64,000 nucleotides of DNA from Rebecca billardiae RCC1528 (lineage: Eukaryota; Protista; Haptophyta): assembly GCA_965240325.2 (NCBI GenBank), contig OZ251248.1:744001-808000 (forward strand), written 5' to 3'. The translations under genes and the position numbers were made by a program. Numbering within the stretch: position 1 is the first letter of the stretch; each line of letters opens with the position of its first letter. The notes under the pieces were generated by a model. The model had not been told where the DNA came from. It worked only from the letters and a program-made list of their open reading frames with translations, and made no database searches. Shown piece by piece: positions 13,982 through 24,612 of the stretch.

Positions 13982-14606
13982 CGTAAGCCGCTGCGTGCGC
14001 GGAGGTGCGCGCCACGGCGGCGCCTGGCGGCGCTGCTGTAGGAGGCCACTGTGCAATCTCTCTGCTCGCGCGCTTCGCCCGTCGTCGCCGTTGCAGCGCC
14101 TGCGACCAGCACGCACGCGAGCGAGCGCCGCACTGGCCCAGCAGCCGGGGCAGTCTCAGCCGTCAGTGCGCATGTGCGTCGCGATCTGGTCGGCCCAGGG
14201 CGTGAGGCGCGTCCGGGCGAGGTAGGGCCACCATGGGCGTGCGCCACTCCGCCTCGACCTTGCGCCGGTGGGCATGTTGCGGGCGACCTTGCGAGGCCCG
14301 CGGCATTCCCACCGGCGCAACGGGTCGAGGCGGCGTGCCGCGCGCCCATGGTGGCCCTACCTCGCCCGCACCCGCCTCGCGCCCTGGGCCGACCAGATCG
14401 CGACGCACATGCACGGCTGAGACTGCCCCGACTGCCTGCCGGCAGTGCCGAGTGCGCCGCTCGGCTCGCGCATGCTGGTCGCAGGCGCGGAGACCGGGCG
14501 ACGACGAGCAATGCGCGAGAGGCAAAGAGGAGCGCAGTGGCTTCCTAGAGCAGTGCATCGGGACGCGCCGCCGTGGCGCGCACCTTCGCGCCCGCAGCGG
14601 CTCACG
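13982..14606. repeat. Imperfect long inverted repeat (foldback), ~300-bp arms, centre ~14290
   Basis: For example GCATGTGCGTCGCGATCTGGTCGGCCCAGGGCG at ~14170 pairs with CGCCCTGGGCCGACCAGATCGCGACGCACATGC at ~14380. Pairing continues outward with mismatches and indels. Confidence 0.92.
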
Positions 14607-15401
14607 CCGTGCGCGCCACAACCGCCCATCGACGGCGGCGGCGGCGGCGCTGCGTCGTGGGAGACTTGAAGAGTGATGAAGACCCAATGACTGTACGATA
14701 TTGACTATGTACTGTATCGTATTGTATTATGATACAAGAGTGCAACACCCATAGTACAATACCCAGCAAGCTCGAGCAGCAGAGAAGCAGAAGCGAAGGA
14801 CCACACACCAACTGCACAGATGTACAGCCTACAGGTGCTATGGCCTATTTCTGGACGGAAAATCCAAGTAGCTCTCACGTCCAGCCATGGCGGACTAGCC
14901 CGCCCACGATGCCACCACGCCAACCAGCGTGGAGTTAAAGGTAGGCACACGAAGTCTCATCGTCATCGGCCATCGCGTTGGTGAGCAACGTGCTCGACTT
15001 CGTCATAGCCCAGATCTGGGCACATGCCGTTTTCTGGACAAACCGTGGACGTGCGGTCGTGAAGCTGTGCGCGCATGTTGGTGGGCCAGGAATGCTTGAG
15101 ACCGGACAGGAAGGGCCGCAGTAGCTCGCTGGACTTACTTGACGACCTAGTCCAGGCATATACCACGCGTTCTCTGCTCCACTAGTCCATTCACCTGCGT
15201 TCGGTGCCTGGCACATGCTACGCGTTCTCACAAAGCACCCGCGTTGTCATGCAGCTATCTGATAGCTCAGCTCTGCACGCGATCAGTCTCATCAGCCGAC
15301 CATGTGCTAGATCACCAGTTCTGTGAGCCCACGCCCTCCTGCGACAGCGTCGCCACCCACTCCGGGGTAACCGTGCGCTGCTGCGCGCGGCCTGAAGCGG
15401 C

Positions 15402-15691
15402 GCGCCGTCGGCGTCGGCATGCCATGACGCCCCTGTGTCCGGATGCCGCTCGGCGCGGAGCACCGTGACCGGCCGTGACACACGAGACAGACGAGTACCC
15501 GAGCAGTCTCGTCCCGGCCGATCATCTATCAAAGACTAGGCGTGATGACACGCCTAGTCTTTGATAGATGATCGGCCGGGACGAGACTGCTCGGGTACTC
15601 GTCTGTCTCGTGTGTCACGGCCGGTCACGGTGCTCCGCGCCGAGCGGCATCCGGACACAGGGGCGTCATGGCATGCCGACGCCGACGGCGC
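15402..15691. repeat. Perfect palindrome, 143-bp arms with a 4-nt loop (ATGA, 15545-15548)
   Basis: 15402-15544 reads as the reverse complement of 15549-15691, with no mismatch seen by eye. Confidence 0.95.
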
Positions 15692-15741
15692 AGCGGAGTG
15701 ATGACATCCGCGGATACAAACCTACTGCTAGGGTCTAAGCG

Positions 15742-17163
15742 TCATCCATCGTGATCGTCGTGTCGATACTCGATGTCGATGACAGCCTCCGAAGGCGCAC
15801 CCACGAGATGCGGCTGGCACTTCTGCTTCTTCCATGCCGTCTTCTGCACGCGCCTGCAATGCGGACAGAAGTGATGCGTCCGGCACGTGCACGTCGCGGC
15901 CGAATCTGCGCCGCACGCGCATGGCTCAGCCGAGTTGGCGCGCGCCCTCTCGCAGGCCTTGAAGGCGCGCTCGAGCGCATCGCGCTGGTCGACGTTCGCA
16001 GCTGCCGCGGCCTCGGTCTCGGCGCGCCGTGCCGCCTTCGCAGCGCGCTTTGCCTCGGCATCGGCGGCCGCCGTCACAGCCGCCTCATCGGCTGCCTCCT
16101 GGCCCTCGAGGAAGCAGACCAGCTCGGCCGAACCGAACTTCTCCTTGTTTGCGCGCTTCCGGCCGCCCTCGACCTTCTTGCCCACGACGTCGAACGGCAG
16201 CAGCGCCTCCGCCTCCTCGGCGTTGGGCATCTTGACCGTCGTCTCGTGCCACTTGATCTGAGCACGGAGGCTCTCGATCACCGTCTGCTGCTCGGAGAGA
16301 CGGTGATGCAGGTCGAGCGTCGAGCCGGCACGGTGGGTGGAGGACACGGGCGTGTACTCGGCCGGGATGCCACCGGCGCCGTAGTCGATCGCGCGGCGCA
16401 CCGCACCGCGGTGGCCGGCGCCCTCCGCGGCCGCGGGAGCAGCCTCGAACACGCGCTCGGGGTTGAGCAGCAGATCGGCGACCGCGAACTTGTCCTGCTG
16501 CATCAAGCCGATGTCGACGCCGCTCACGGTGATGCCGCAGCGCTTGAAGGCGCCGATGACGCTCTCTTTCTTACAGAAGCCCTCCCACGAGTGCCCAGGA
16601 AAAGGAGGAAGTCGCGCTTCGAGAGAGACTTCTTCGCGCCCTCGCCCGCGCCGCGTCGCCGCCCCTCCTCGGCCGAGTCGTCGCCCCCGTCGCCGTCGTC
16701 GTCGCTGCCGCCCTCATTATCGTCGTCATCGCCGTCGCCGTCGACTGCGTCCTCGAGGTTGATCTCATCGTCGCCGAGATCGGCGCGCACCTCGCGCATG
16801 CGCTGCGCGAGCAGCTTCGACTGCTGGTAGCGCGCCCACTTCTTGGTACTCACCGAGCAGTAGTAGTGCAGCACCTGGTTGATCTGGTCGAGCGGCTGCG
16901 TCAGCCCCGTTGTGTCCGGCGGGCTGAGGTAGACGTGATGAAGGCGGGCCACCGATCCGAGCTGATCGCGCGGTCGACCGCGCCCTTCGCACGCCCCGCG
17001 TCTGCCTCATCGCGGCACCACTTCAGCGCCGTGCGCAGCTGCCGCTGCTTCTCGTCGTGGTTGGACTTGTTGATGGCGTACTCCGCCTGGTTCCGGGGGT
17101 TGGCGATGCGCGCTGCTGGCGTCTTGCGCCGCTTGGCGGGCGACTCGTCGGTGCGCTTCACCA
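15742..17163 (-). pseudogene. Internally deleted and frameshifted pogo-like DDE transposase with Cys-rich C-terminus
   Basis: The N-terminus MVKRTDESPAKRRK joins out of frame to LSPPDTTGLTQPLDQ (pogo/DDE_1 third-Asp motif). After another frameshift come VIGAFKRCGI and the C-terminal CACG..CTC..HFCPHC..C. The HTH domain and first two Asp regions are not visible. Confidence 0.8.
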
Positions 17164-17509
17164 TGGCCACGCGCTTGTCCAGAAAACGGCATCGTCCAGA
17201 AATAGGCCATAGCACCTGTACAGGGCTAGCTGACGATTACCCTGGCTCCCCTCGAGGTACCACAGGCAGCGGCGCTTGACTGACACCAGCTACAACGCTT
17301 ACCCACACACGCGACCACATCATACACTCAACATTGATTGCGAAATGGCGAAATTGCCCTTTAATTTTTGCCGCGCCCATAGGTCCAGCCGTCCAAGCGT
17401 CGTTTATGCGGGTACGTTCTCTCCCTTGGCCCCTTGGCCATCTCCAGGCAGGAAGGCACCTCGACTTCGCGCTTGGCAGGAATCAACCGGTGGGCCCCTC
17501 GTGGCATCC

Positions 17510-18537
17510 ATGTCTTCCAACCCGCACGGGCAGGGCGGCGGGTGGCAGGGCGGCGGGAATGGGATGATGGGGATGGGTCAGCCCCAGCAGTCGCAGATGG
17601 GTGGCATGCCCATGCAGATGTCCGGCGGCCAAGGCTACCCGCAGTCCCCGCAGCAGCAGATGCAGATGCCGATGTACTACCAACATCAGCAGCCGATGCC
17701 GCCGCCGCAACATAAGGTACGCGCACCGGGTTTGCGCGGCACGGCCGCCCGCCACGCCGCTCCCCACCCCACCGCCCCCCACCCCACCCCCCTGCTCGCG
17801 AGCAGCCGCCGCAGCGCGGCGGCGCGCGCGTGCACGGGAGCGGCCGGCGCTTGCGCGCGCCAAACCGACGACTTACGCCGCGCCGCGCGACCGCCGCCGC
17901 CGTCGCCGCCGTGGGCGCGCAGGCGTGCTCGATGCTGACGAACGTGATCAAAACAGAGCGCGGGCACCGGGGCGAGAGCCGGCCGACCGCCGAGGAGTGC
18001 CAGTCCGCGCTCGAGGCGATCGCGCTCGACTCGATGCTCGACGAGGCGCGCGAGCGCGAGCAGCAGTTCCAACAATCGGTCGACCTGCTCTCGTCGTCGC
18101 TGCCGACGATGCAGTCGGAGCAGAAGCGCGCGGAGCGGCAAGCCGAGATAGAGGCGTACAGGCGGCAGTGCGAGTTGGACATCACCGCGATGCGCGATGC
18201 GCACACGCGGCGCGCGCAGGCCGACTCGGCGGAGGTGATCCCCTACCTGATGGTAGCGCAGTCGTGGCAGCAGCAGTCGCCCCCGGTCGCGGGGCCGCCG
18301 CTGCTGCCGCCGCTGCCGTCGATAACGCACGCGGGCCTGGGGCCTGCCCACGGCGGCCTGGGGTCTGCCCATGGCACCCGGGCCTTCGCGCCGCCGCTGA
18401 TGTCAACGCTGGCACCAGCGGGCCTGGGGCCGCCGGCCGGGCTGCCGCCGCAGCCTTCATCCGCTACGCCGAGCGGCAGCACAGGCGCGGGGACGATTGA
18501 CGACGAGGACATGGCGCCTGCACCTGACGCGGACTGA
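17510..18537 (+). CDS. Hypothetical protein with Q/M/G/P-rich N-terminus and coiled-coil; intron 17717-17922
   Basis: ATG 17510 starts MSSNPHGQGGGWQ...PPPQHK, then GTACGC...CGCAG, then the in-frame exon ACSMLTNVIK...DADstop. Confidence 0.75.
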
Positions 18538-19092
18538 CGGCAGCGGGCAGTCGCGTAAGCAGACGCCGGGCCACCGCGCGAGGCGACGCGCGAACGCTCC
18601 GAATGAACGACGACGCTGTGGGCGAGCGCCCGGCCCGCCAGGCAGTGTGGCTGTGTCTGATACTGACTGCCGGCGCGTCTTCTCTCTTCAGTCACTACGT
18701 GTGCAGTCGTCAATTTGACAATTTCGTAGTATAATCCGAGGCTCTCATAGTAAAAGATGCACGGTGATCATCAACTGCCGTCCTTGGGCATCATCAACGC
18801 CGGCGTGATGAATACTGGATTCGCATGGTCCGAAGAGAATCCCTGGACCACGACCGCGCATCTCGGTCTGGATTCCTCCTCGGCTGGTTTAGCCCAATTT
18901 CATATGGCGGGATGGTTCAACAACTTCAACTTACCCACCCATATTACAAAACTTCCAAAGTCCAACCACCGTCGGGCATTTTTCTATCCTAATAAACCGT
19001 ATGCGTGTTCAACGGTGAACCGGAATATTCTTTTGGTGGACCGCCAACAACAATTCTAATCAGCCACTACCCCCATACACTTTAATAATAGC

Positions 19093-19963
19093 ATAAGAGA
19101 CGCACACAGCTCCGAAGGAGGCAGGTGAGATCACGACGACTAAAGTGGCGGTGAAGTGGCGTGTGGCCTCGCTTCGCGTCATCGCGTGCGCGCTGGCGCC
19201 GGCGAAGGCTCGACGACGGCGCGCAAGGCGCGCAGGTCGGGTAGCATCTAATGACCCCTTCTGACGCGCATGGCTTGCCGCCGCCGCGCCCTCTTCTGAT
19301 GCGCCTGCATCTCAATGTGTTCGCTTGTGAGTCAATGTGTTCGTTTGCTCGCTGTTGGCGGCGCCTGCGCTGTCGTTTCATCGCGTCGGGGGTGCTGCAA
19401 GGACTCGACGTGGGCTTCGTGAAGAGAGACGTTGCATGTTAGCCCATGCGCACTGGTTCAACGCACGACTCAACCTCATGTCACGAGCAGAAGCGGACGC
19501 GCCGACGCGGTAGGCTACGGTTGGCTTTCTCGGCTCGGTGGCAGTCAGGTGGCGCCACTCACCTGCGGAGAACGGGCTGAGGCGGCACATTTTCGCAGAG
19601 CGGTACTTGCATACCCCTAGATAGAGAGAGTCCCTTCAGATGAGGATGACCGCGACGCGCCGTCGCCACGGCCATGATGTCAGCCGCGGGGCCGCCGCGA
19701 ACCAGGCGTCGGGAAAAGTGCATAATATCAACTACAGTTTACTAAGAATAAGAGACGCATACAAGTGCATGGCTAAGTGGACGACGGTGGGGCGAGGACG
19801 ACGGGCGCTGGCGCGCCGCGAGGCGGCCGCAGCCCTCATCCAGGCCTCGCAGGCGGACGGCTGAACGAATTTTTCCGGCGGCGCTACCATCGGCGACGGC
19901 TTCATGGGCGGTGACAGTTGGCGGGCGTCAATCTCGCCTGCCTGAGCTGTGTGCGTCTCTTAT
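19093..19963. mobile_element. Putative non-autonomous TIR element (MITE-like) with an extra internal left end
   Basis: ATAAGAGACGCACACAGCTC (19093-19112) is exactly inverted at 19944-19963, followed inward by AGGCAGG(T/C)GAGAT similarity. A third copy GAATAAGAGACGCATAC lies at ~19746. Confidence 0.6.
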
Positions 19964-21442
19964 TCCCACTGGGGACACGGCACCCAAGGTCGGAGAAAAT
20001 CGGCGCGCTTTTTATTTCCGCCTTGCATTTATTCAGCCGCGCGCTGCGCGGCGGACGCGCGCGTCTCGGGCGAGCGGGCGACGGCGCCGCGCTCCCGTGC
20101 GTGTGGACGATCCCGCGAGCGCAGAGCCGGCGTGCTAGGCTGGGCAGTCGTGCTGAAGTGCCATTCGCCGCTTCGCGCCGCGCATCACATTCGGCTGTAC
20201 TTGCCTCGGGCCAGCACTTGTCTGTGCACACCGCCACACGGCCAGCCTCGCCCGCGTGCGCCATGAGACACACACGGAGCATGCGCTTCCGCGCGGCGAG
20301 GCCTACGCTGTACGCACTGCGCTACCTTGCGCCGCCGTGCATGAGCGCGGGTCCGAACAGCTGCGTTCAGGTGTGCTGATTGCATCATTCATACGAGCCG
20401 ATTGGTCGAACAAGCGCTCTGGCCCGACGATGACGTTACAGCGCACGCCATGCTGATATGCGGTGACGCGGAGCATGTGCGCTCGCGCGGAGTGGCCACA
20501 CACGTGACCGCTGTCCAGCTCTGCCCCGGCATTGAACTCCCTGACTCGTGCTCCGACGTCAATCTTGGCCCGAGCTAGTACGTGCATGCATGCGTGCTGA
20601 TGCAGAATATACCTGAACGAGGCCCATGATGGCCTGCGTGTATGTGCCTCCTCGGATGACACGGCGCGTGTATGAATGTGTGTATACTACCTTGTCAAGC
20701 AGTAGCTCACGTCTGGACGTTCGTGTCGAACTTGACGGTGCGCATCGTGCACACACGGTCAGCCTTGATAGACGCACCCGTGCAGCCGGAAGGCAGCATC
20801 AGCCTGCCTAAGACGTGAGCATCCAGCCCCGACGCCGCTTCCGGTGCCTGGATGGCGCGCGCCCCTTTCACGCGGGAATGTGCCCACTACATCACTATCC
20901 AGAAGGGCACATGTCAGTGCTTTGCATGCTCACACGACCCTCGCCGTAGGTCGATGCCAACCGCTGCGTGATGCTCGATCATGCCTTTTGACGGCTGTGT
21001 GACCCGTGCAGATGCGTATGCCAGGCAGCGTACTGTGACGAGCGATGACGCGTGCATAAACTACCTGGACATTGCCCAGTGCAACCAAGTGCCGGACGCC
21101 GACGCCGCTGCTCGCGGCACGCGTGCAGTCAGCCGAGGAATGCACACAACTTCCTTGTTGGTGCGGCGCACGCGATGGCCTGAGGCGCGGCGGATGCAGT
21201 GATTCCGAACGGCGAGCGGTAGAACGACGCAAATGGCTGCTCTTCAGCCGCGCTCAACCACGCGCACCGCCTTCGCGGGCACGCAACTACCGCAGGAGGG
21301 CGCGCAGTCGGCGCCAATCTCGCCCCTCCAGCGCCGCCCAGCGCGCTGTCAGCGCAGCCGCCAGCGGCAGAGGTTGGTGGTGCTCTGACGGCATCACCAA
21401 CATATTCGGAAAAGAAAATCCCCACCCGAAATTCCTGCGCCC

Positions 21443-24400
21443 GAGGCCATTCCACCGAAATCAGCCGGCGGGTGGGGACCCCAGAAGCGCCTTCGGGTGG
21501 GGAGGTCCCCACCCGAGCGCGCACTCGGGTGGGGAGGGCGAGCTCCGCAGTGCGCGGCCGCCGGCGACGCGCACCGCGGTCGTCGCTCGAGTCTCCGCGG
21601 CGCGCGCGCGAGTCTGCGCGGCCCGCGCGCGCGTCCTACGGGCGCGCACGGCCAATCTGCCCTCGCGCGCCGCTGGCTGCGCGCCTCTCCGCCGCTCACG
21701 CCGCTCGCCAATGGCCCGCGACTGCGCGTCGGCACGTTTGTCCGCTGCGGCCGACCGCGAACGCGCACAGGCGGGCACAAGGAAGTCGGACGATGATTTG
21801 CTGTCGTGTTGTGCGCGGACCATGTGTATGCGCTTCGCCCAGCCGCGCGCGTCGGTCGCGCACGCCGACCAAGGCGAGCTCGAGCGCGCGCGCAAGCTGG
21901 CGCTCGCGCGTTTTGGACCCATGAAGGTGCCAGCGACTCGAGCGCGCCCAAGCGTCGGTAGAGCGCGCGCCGCGCTCGCGCGAGGAGCTGTGTGGTCGCA
22001 GATCGCCCGCACGCTTGCGCCCTGGGCGATCCGCGCCCTCGCATGCGCCAGCCGCGCGAGGCAGCGGCGCGTCGCACATGCCGGCCGCGCGAGCGCGGCG
22101 CGCGCCAAGCCTGCGTGCAGCGGCCGCAGCTGGTGTGCCTCTGAGCCTCAGCTGTGTGCTAGCCTGCGCGAGGATGCGGACGGCGCGCAGGGCGTACACT
22201 TGAACGGGTAGGTTGTGTACCAGCGCGGTGGCGCACCTAAGCCTCTTCTGATCCTCGCACGTGCTTCGTCTTTGGATAGCACATCAGCAGAATCGTCACG
22301 ACAGACTCCCCAAGTCCGCGCTGCGTTGCTGTCGCCAGGTGAGGGTTGCGCAACCAGTCGCCACACGACACCACCATCGTCTCCGGCTGTCATGCCGAGG
22401 ACGCGTACAGGCCGGTACTGACTCGGGCGTTCAGCGCGACGCGTACTCACCTCGAATGGATTCGCTGCGTGCGCAGTTCGCAATTAACGCCAGCGATAGC
22501 CGAAGGAGTGCTGCTCTGCACAGCATGGATGCAGACGCGAGCGTGGGCGAGGAGCAACTTGGGCGCTAGGCGGCAACGACTGCGTGTTGATTGATCGACT
22601 CATGCTGCGATGACGACTCAGTGGCAAGGGCCCTCAGCCGTTGATGTATGGCAGGCGCCGTGACGTCGGATCAGCATGGAGCACGGGGCTTGACGTCTGA
22701 CGCGTCTGAGCAGCTTTCTGTCGTGGTCGTGATTGAACCGCACTCGGTGCGGGCTGCACGGCGCATGCCATCGCAGCGGACCGGCCTCGGCCGCGCGGCC
22801 GCCTGCCCTGGGATCGGTCGGCGGGCCCGTCGGCGCCCGCCCGCTGACTACGGCGAGACTCTGGATGAGACCGAGTCCGATGGCCGTGGTGGCTCGCGGC
22901 GACGCGCGCGCGCGGCCCACTTGGCCTGTCGCCGCCGCGGCCTGCGGTGGCGCGCAAGGCTCAGGTCACACGGGCTGCGCTGGGCCGCGCAGCGCCGCCG
23001 CGCTTTTATCAGCAGCATCGGCCTGCGGCCGCCGCGGTGGCTGGCCGCCTGACGGCCGGTGCTCGCAGGCCGCAGCCCACGCATCCTCGTGGCAGTCTGC
23101 ACGCAGAGGATGGTAGACCGGCTAACGGCGGCCTCGGCGGCTGCGAGCAGCCCCTTCATCTTCGGTTGACGGCGTGTCGGCGGCGAAGAGGTGGCACGGG
23201 CGGCCACGGTCGTGTCGACTCAGTGCCTCTGACGCCGCGCCTTTGTCGTCCCAGTCAGTGCCAGGCTGCCGCCGTGGACGACTTGGATGCCAATGCGGTT
23301 GCCTTGACGAGCGCGTGCGGTCGTTGCGCCTGAAGTGTCTCAGACAGAGCTGATGGCTATGCCGGACGAACTTGCCGCCGCGGAGCCATCGGCGGTGCCT
23401 GACGCACCGCCATCGCCGCACCGATGCGCATTCGCCGCGCCAGCGCCACGCAGTCCGGACTCCTGCGCCAACTCCCAGCTGCTGCGGTCCGTGCTCGGGA
23501 ACACGGCGCAGCTGGACACACTCTGCGCGCACAGCCTTCTTGCGCGCTTACCAGCCAGAGTGAGTGGCACAGCACGTGGCCAATTCGGGAGTGGCGTGCG
23601 TCTGAGGCGGCGCTGTGTGACAATGTGCTCGCTGTGAACGGCGCTGTCGACCACAGCGCAGGCGGCCACGATGCAACGAGGTGTGGCCGCGACGCGTGCG
23701 TACAATGTACTGCCGAAACTAGCGTACCTGCGCCAATATTCAAGTGACAATGCCCGCGTCTGACACGCTCTTGGTCCCGCGAGCATGCTGTCCCCTTGTC
23801 TCAGCCTATGACTCAGACTGACTAGCACCGTTGTCCAATGGCATCGAGTAGGCTACAGGTAGCAAGGCGCGCGCCGCGCTCGCGCGGCCGGCATGTGCGA
23901 CGCGCCGCTGCCTCGCGCGGCTGGCGCATGCGAGGGCGCGGATCGCCCAGGGCGCAAGCGTGCGGGCGATCTGCGACCACACAGCTCCTCGCGCGAGCGC
24001 GGCGCGCGCTCTACCGACGCTTGGGCGCGCTCGAGTCGCTGGCACCTTCATGGGTCCAAAACGCGCGAGCGCCAGCTTGCGCGCGCGCTCGAGCTCGCCT
24101 TGGTCGGCGTGCGCGACCGACGCGCGCGGCTGGGCGAAGCGCATACACATGGTCCGCGCACAACACGACAGCAAATCATCGTCCGACTTCCTTGTGCCCG
24201 CCTGTGCGCGTTCGCGGTCGGCCGCAGCGGACAAACGTGCCGACGCGCAGTCGCGGGCCATTGGCGAGCGGCGTGAGCGGCGGAGAGGCGCGCAGCCAGC
24301 GGCGCGCGAGGGCAGATTGGCCGTGCGCGCCCGTAGGACGCGCGCGCGGGCCGCGCAGACTCGCGCGCGCGCCGCGGAGACTCGAGCGACGACCGCGGTG

Positions 24401-24529
24401 CGCGTCGCCGGCGGCCGCGCACTGCGGAGCTCGCCCTCCCCACCCGAGTGCGCGCTCGGGTGGGGACCTCCCCACCCGAAGGCGCTTCTGGGGTCCCCAC
24501 CCGCCGGCTGATTTCGGTGGAATGGCCTC
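21443..24529. mobile_element. Non-autonomous element with 664-bp TIRs (GAGGCCATT... ends) and candidate 5-bp TSD CGCCC
   Basis: 21443-22106 is the reverse complement of 23866-24529 (identical translations in the ORF track). CGCCC lies at 21438-21442 and 24530-24534. Confidence 0.88.
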
Positions 24530-24612
24530 CGCCCAGTGGTAGTAAACTGTACAACAGAATTAAAACTCCGCACGGCCCGTCGCTTGCTGAAAAGTTTTGG
24601 CGGGCCGCCACG

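Larger units (their letters stand above)
14832..17218 (-). mobile_element. Tc1/mariner-superfamily, pogo-like DNA transposon (defective), 2387 bp
   Basis: Perfect 26-bp TIRs CAGGTGCTATGGCCTATTTCTGGACG (14832-14857 / 17193-17218) are flanked by TA on both sides. A subterminal motif ATGCCGTTTTCTGGACAA occurs at ~15025 and inverted at ~17175-17192. Confidence 0.93.

Noticed and set aside
15742-15960. Fanzor/TnpB-type nuclease suggested by the Cys cluster in the transposon
   Set aside because: No RuvC motifs are visible, and the upstream motifs are pogo DDE-type.
19093-19101. ATAAGAGAC as Nextera/Tn5 mosaic-end contamination
   Set aside because: Only 9 bp match, the flanks differ from AGATGTGTATAAGAGACAG, and the motif extends into a longer genuine inverted repeat.
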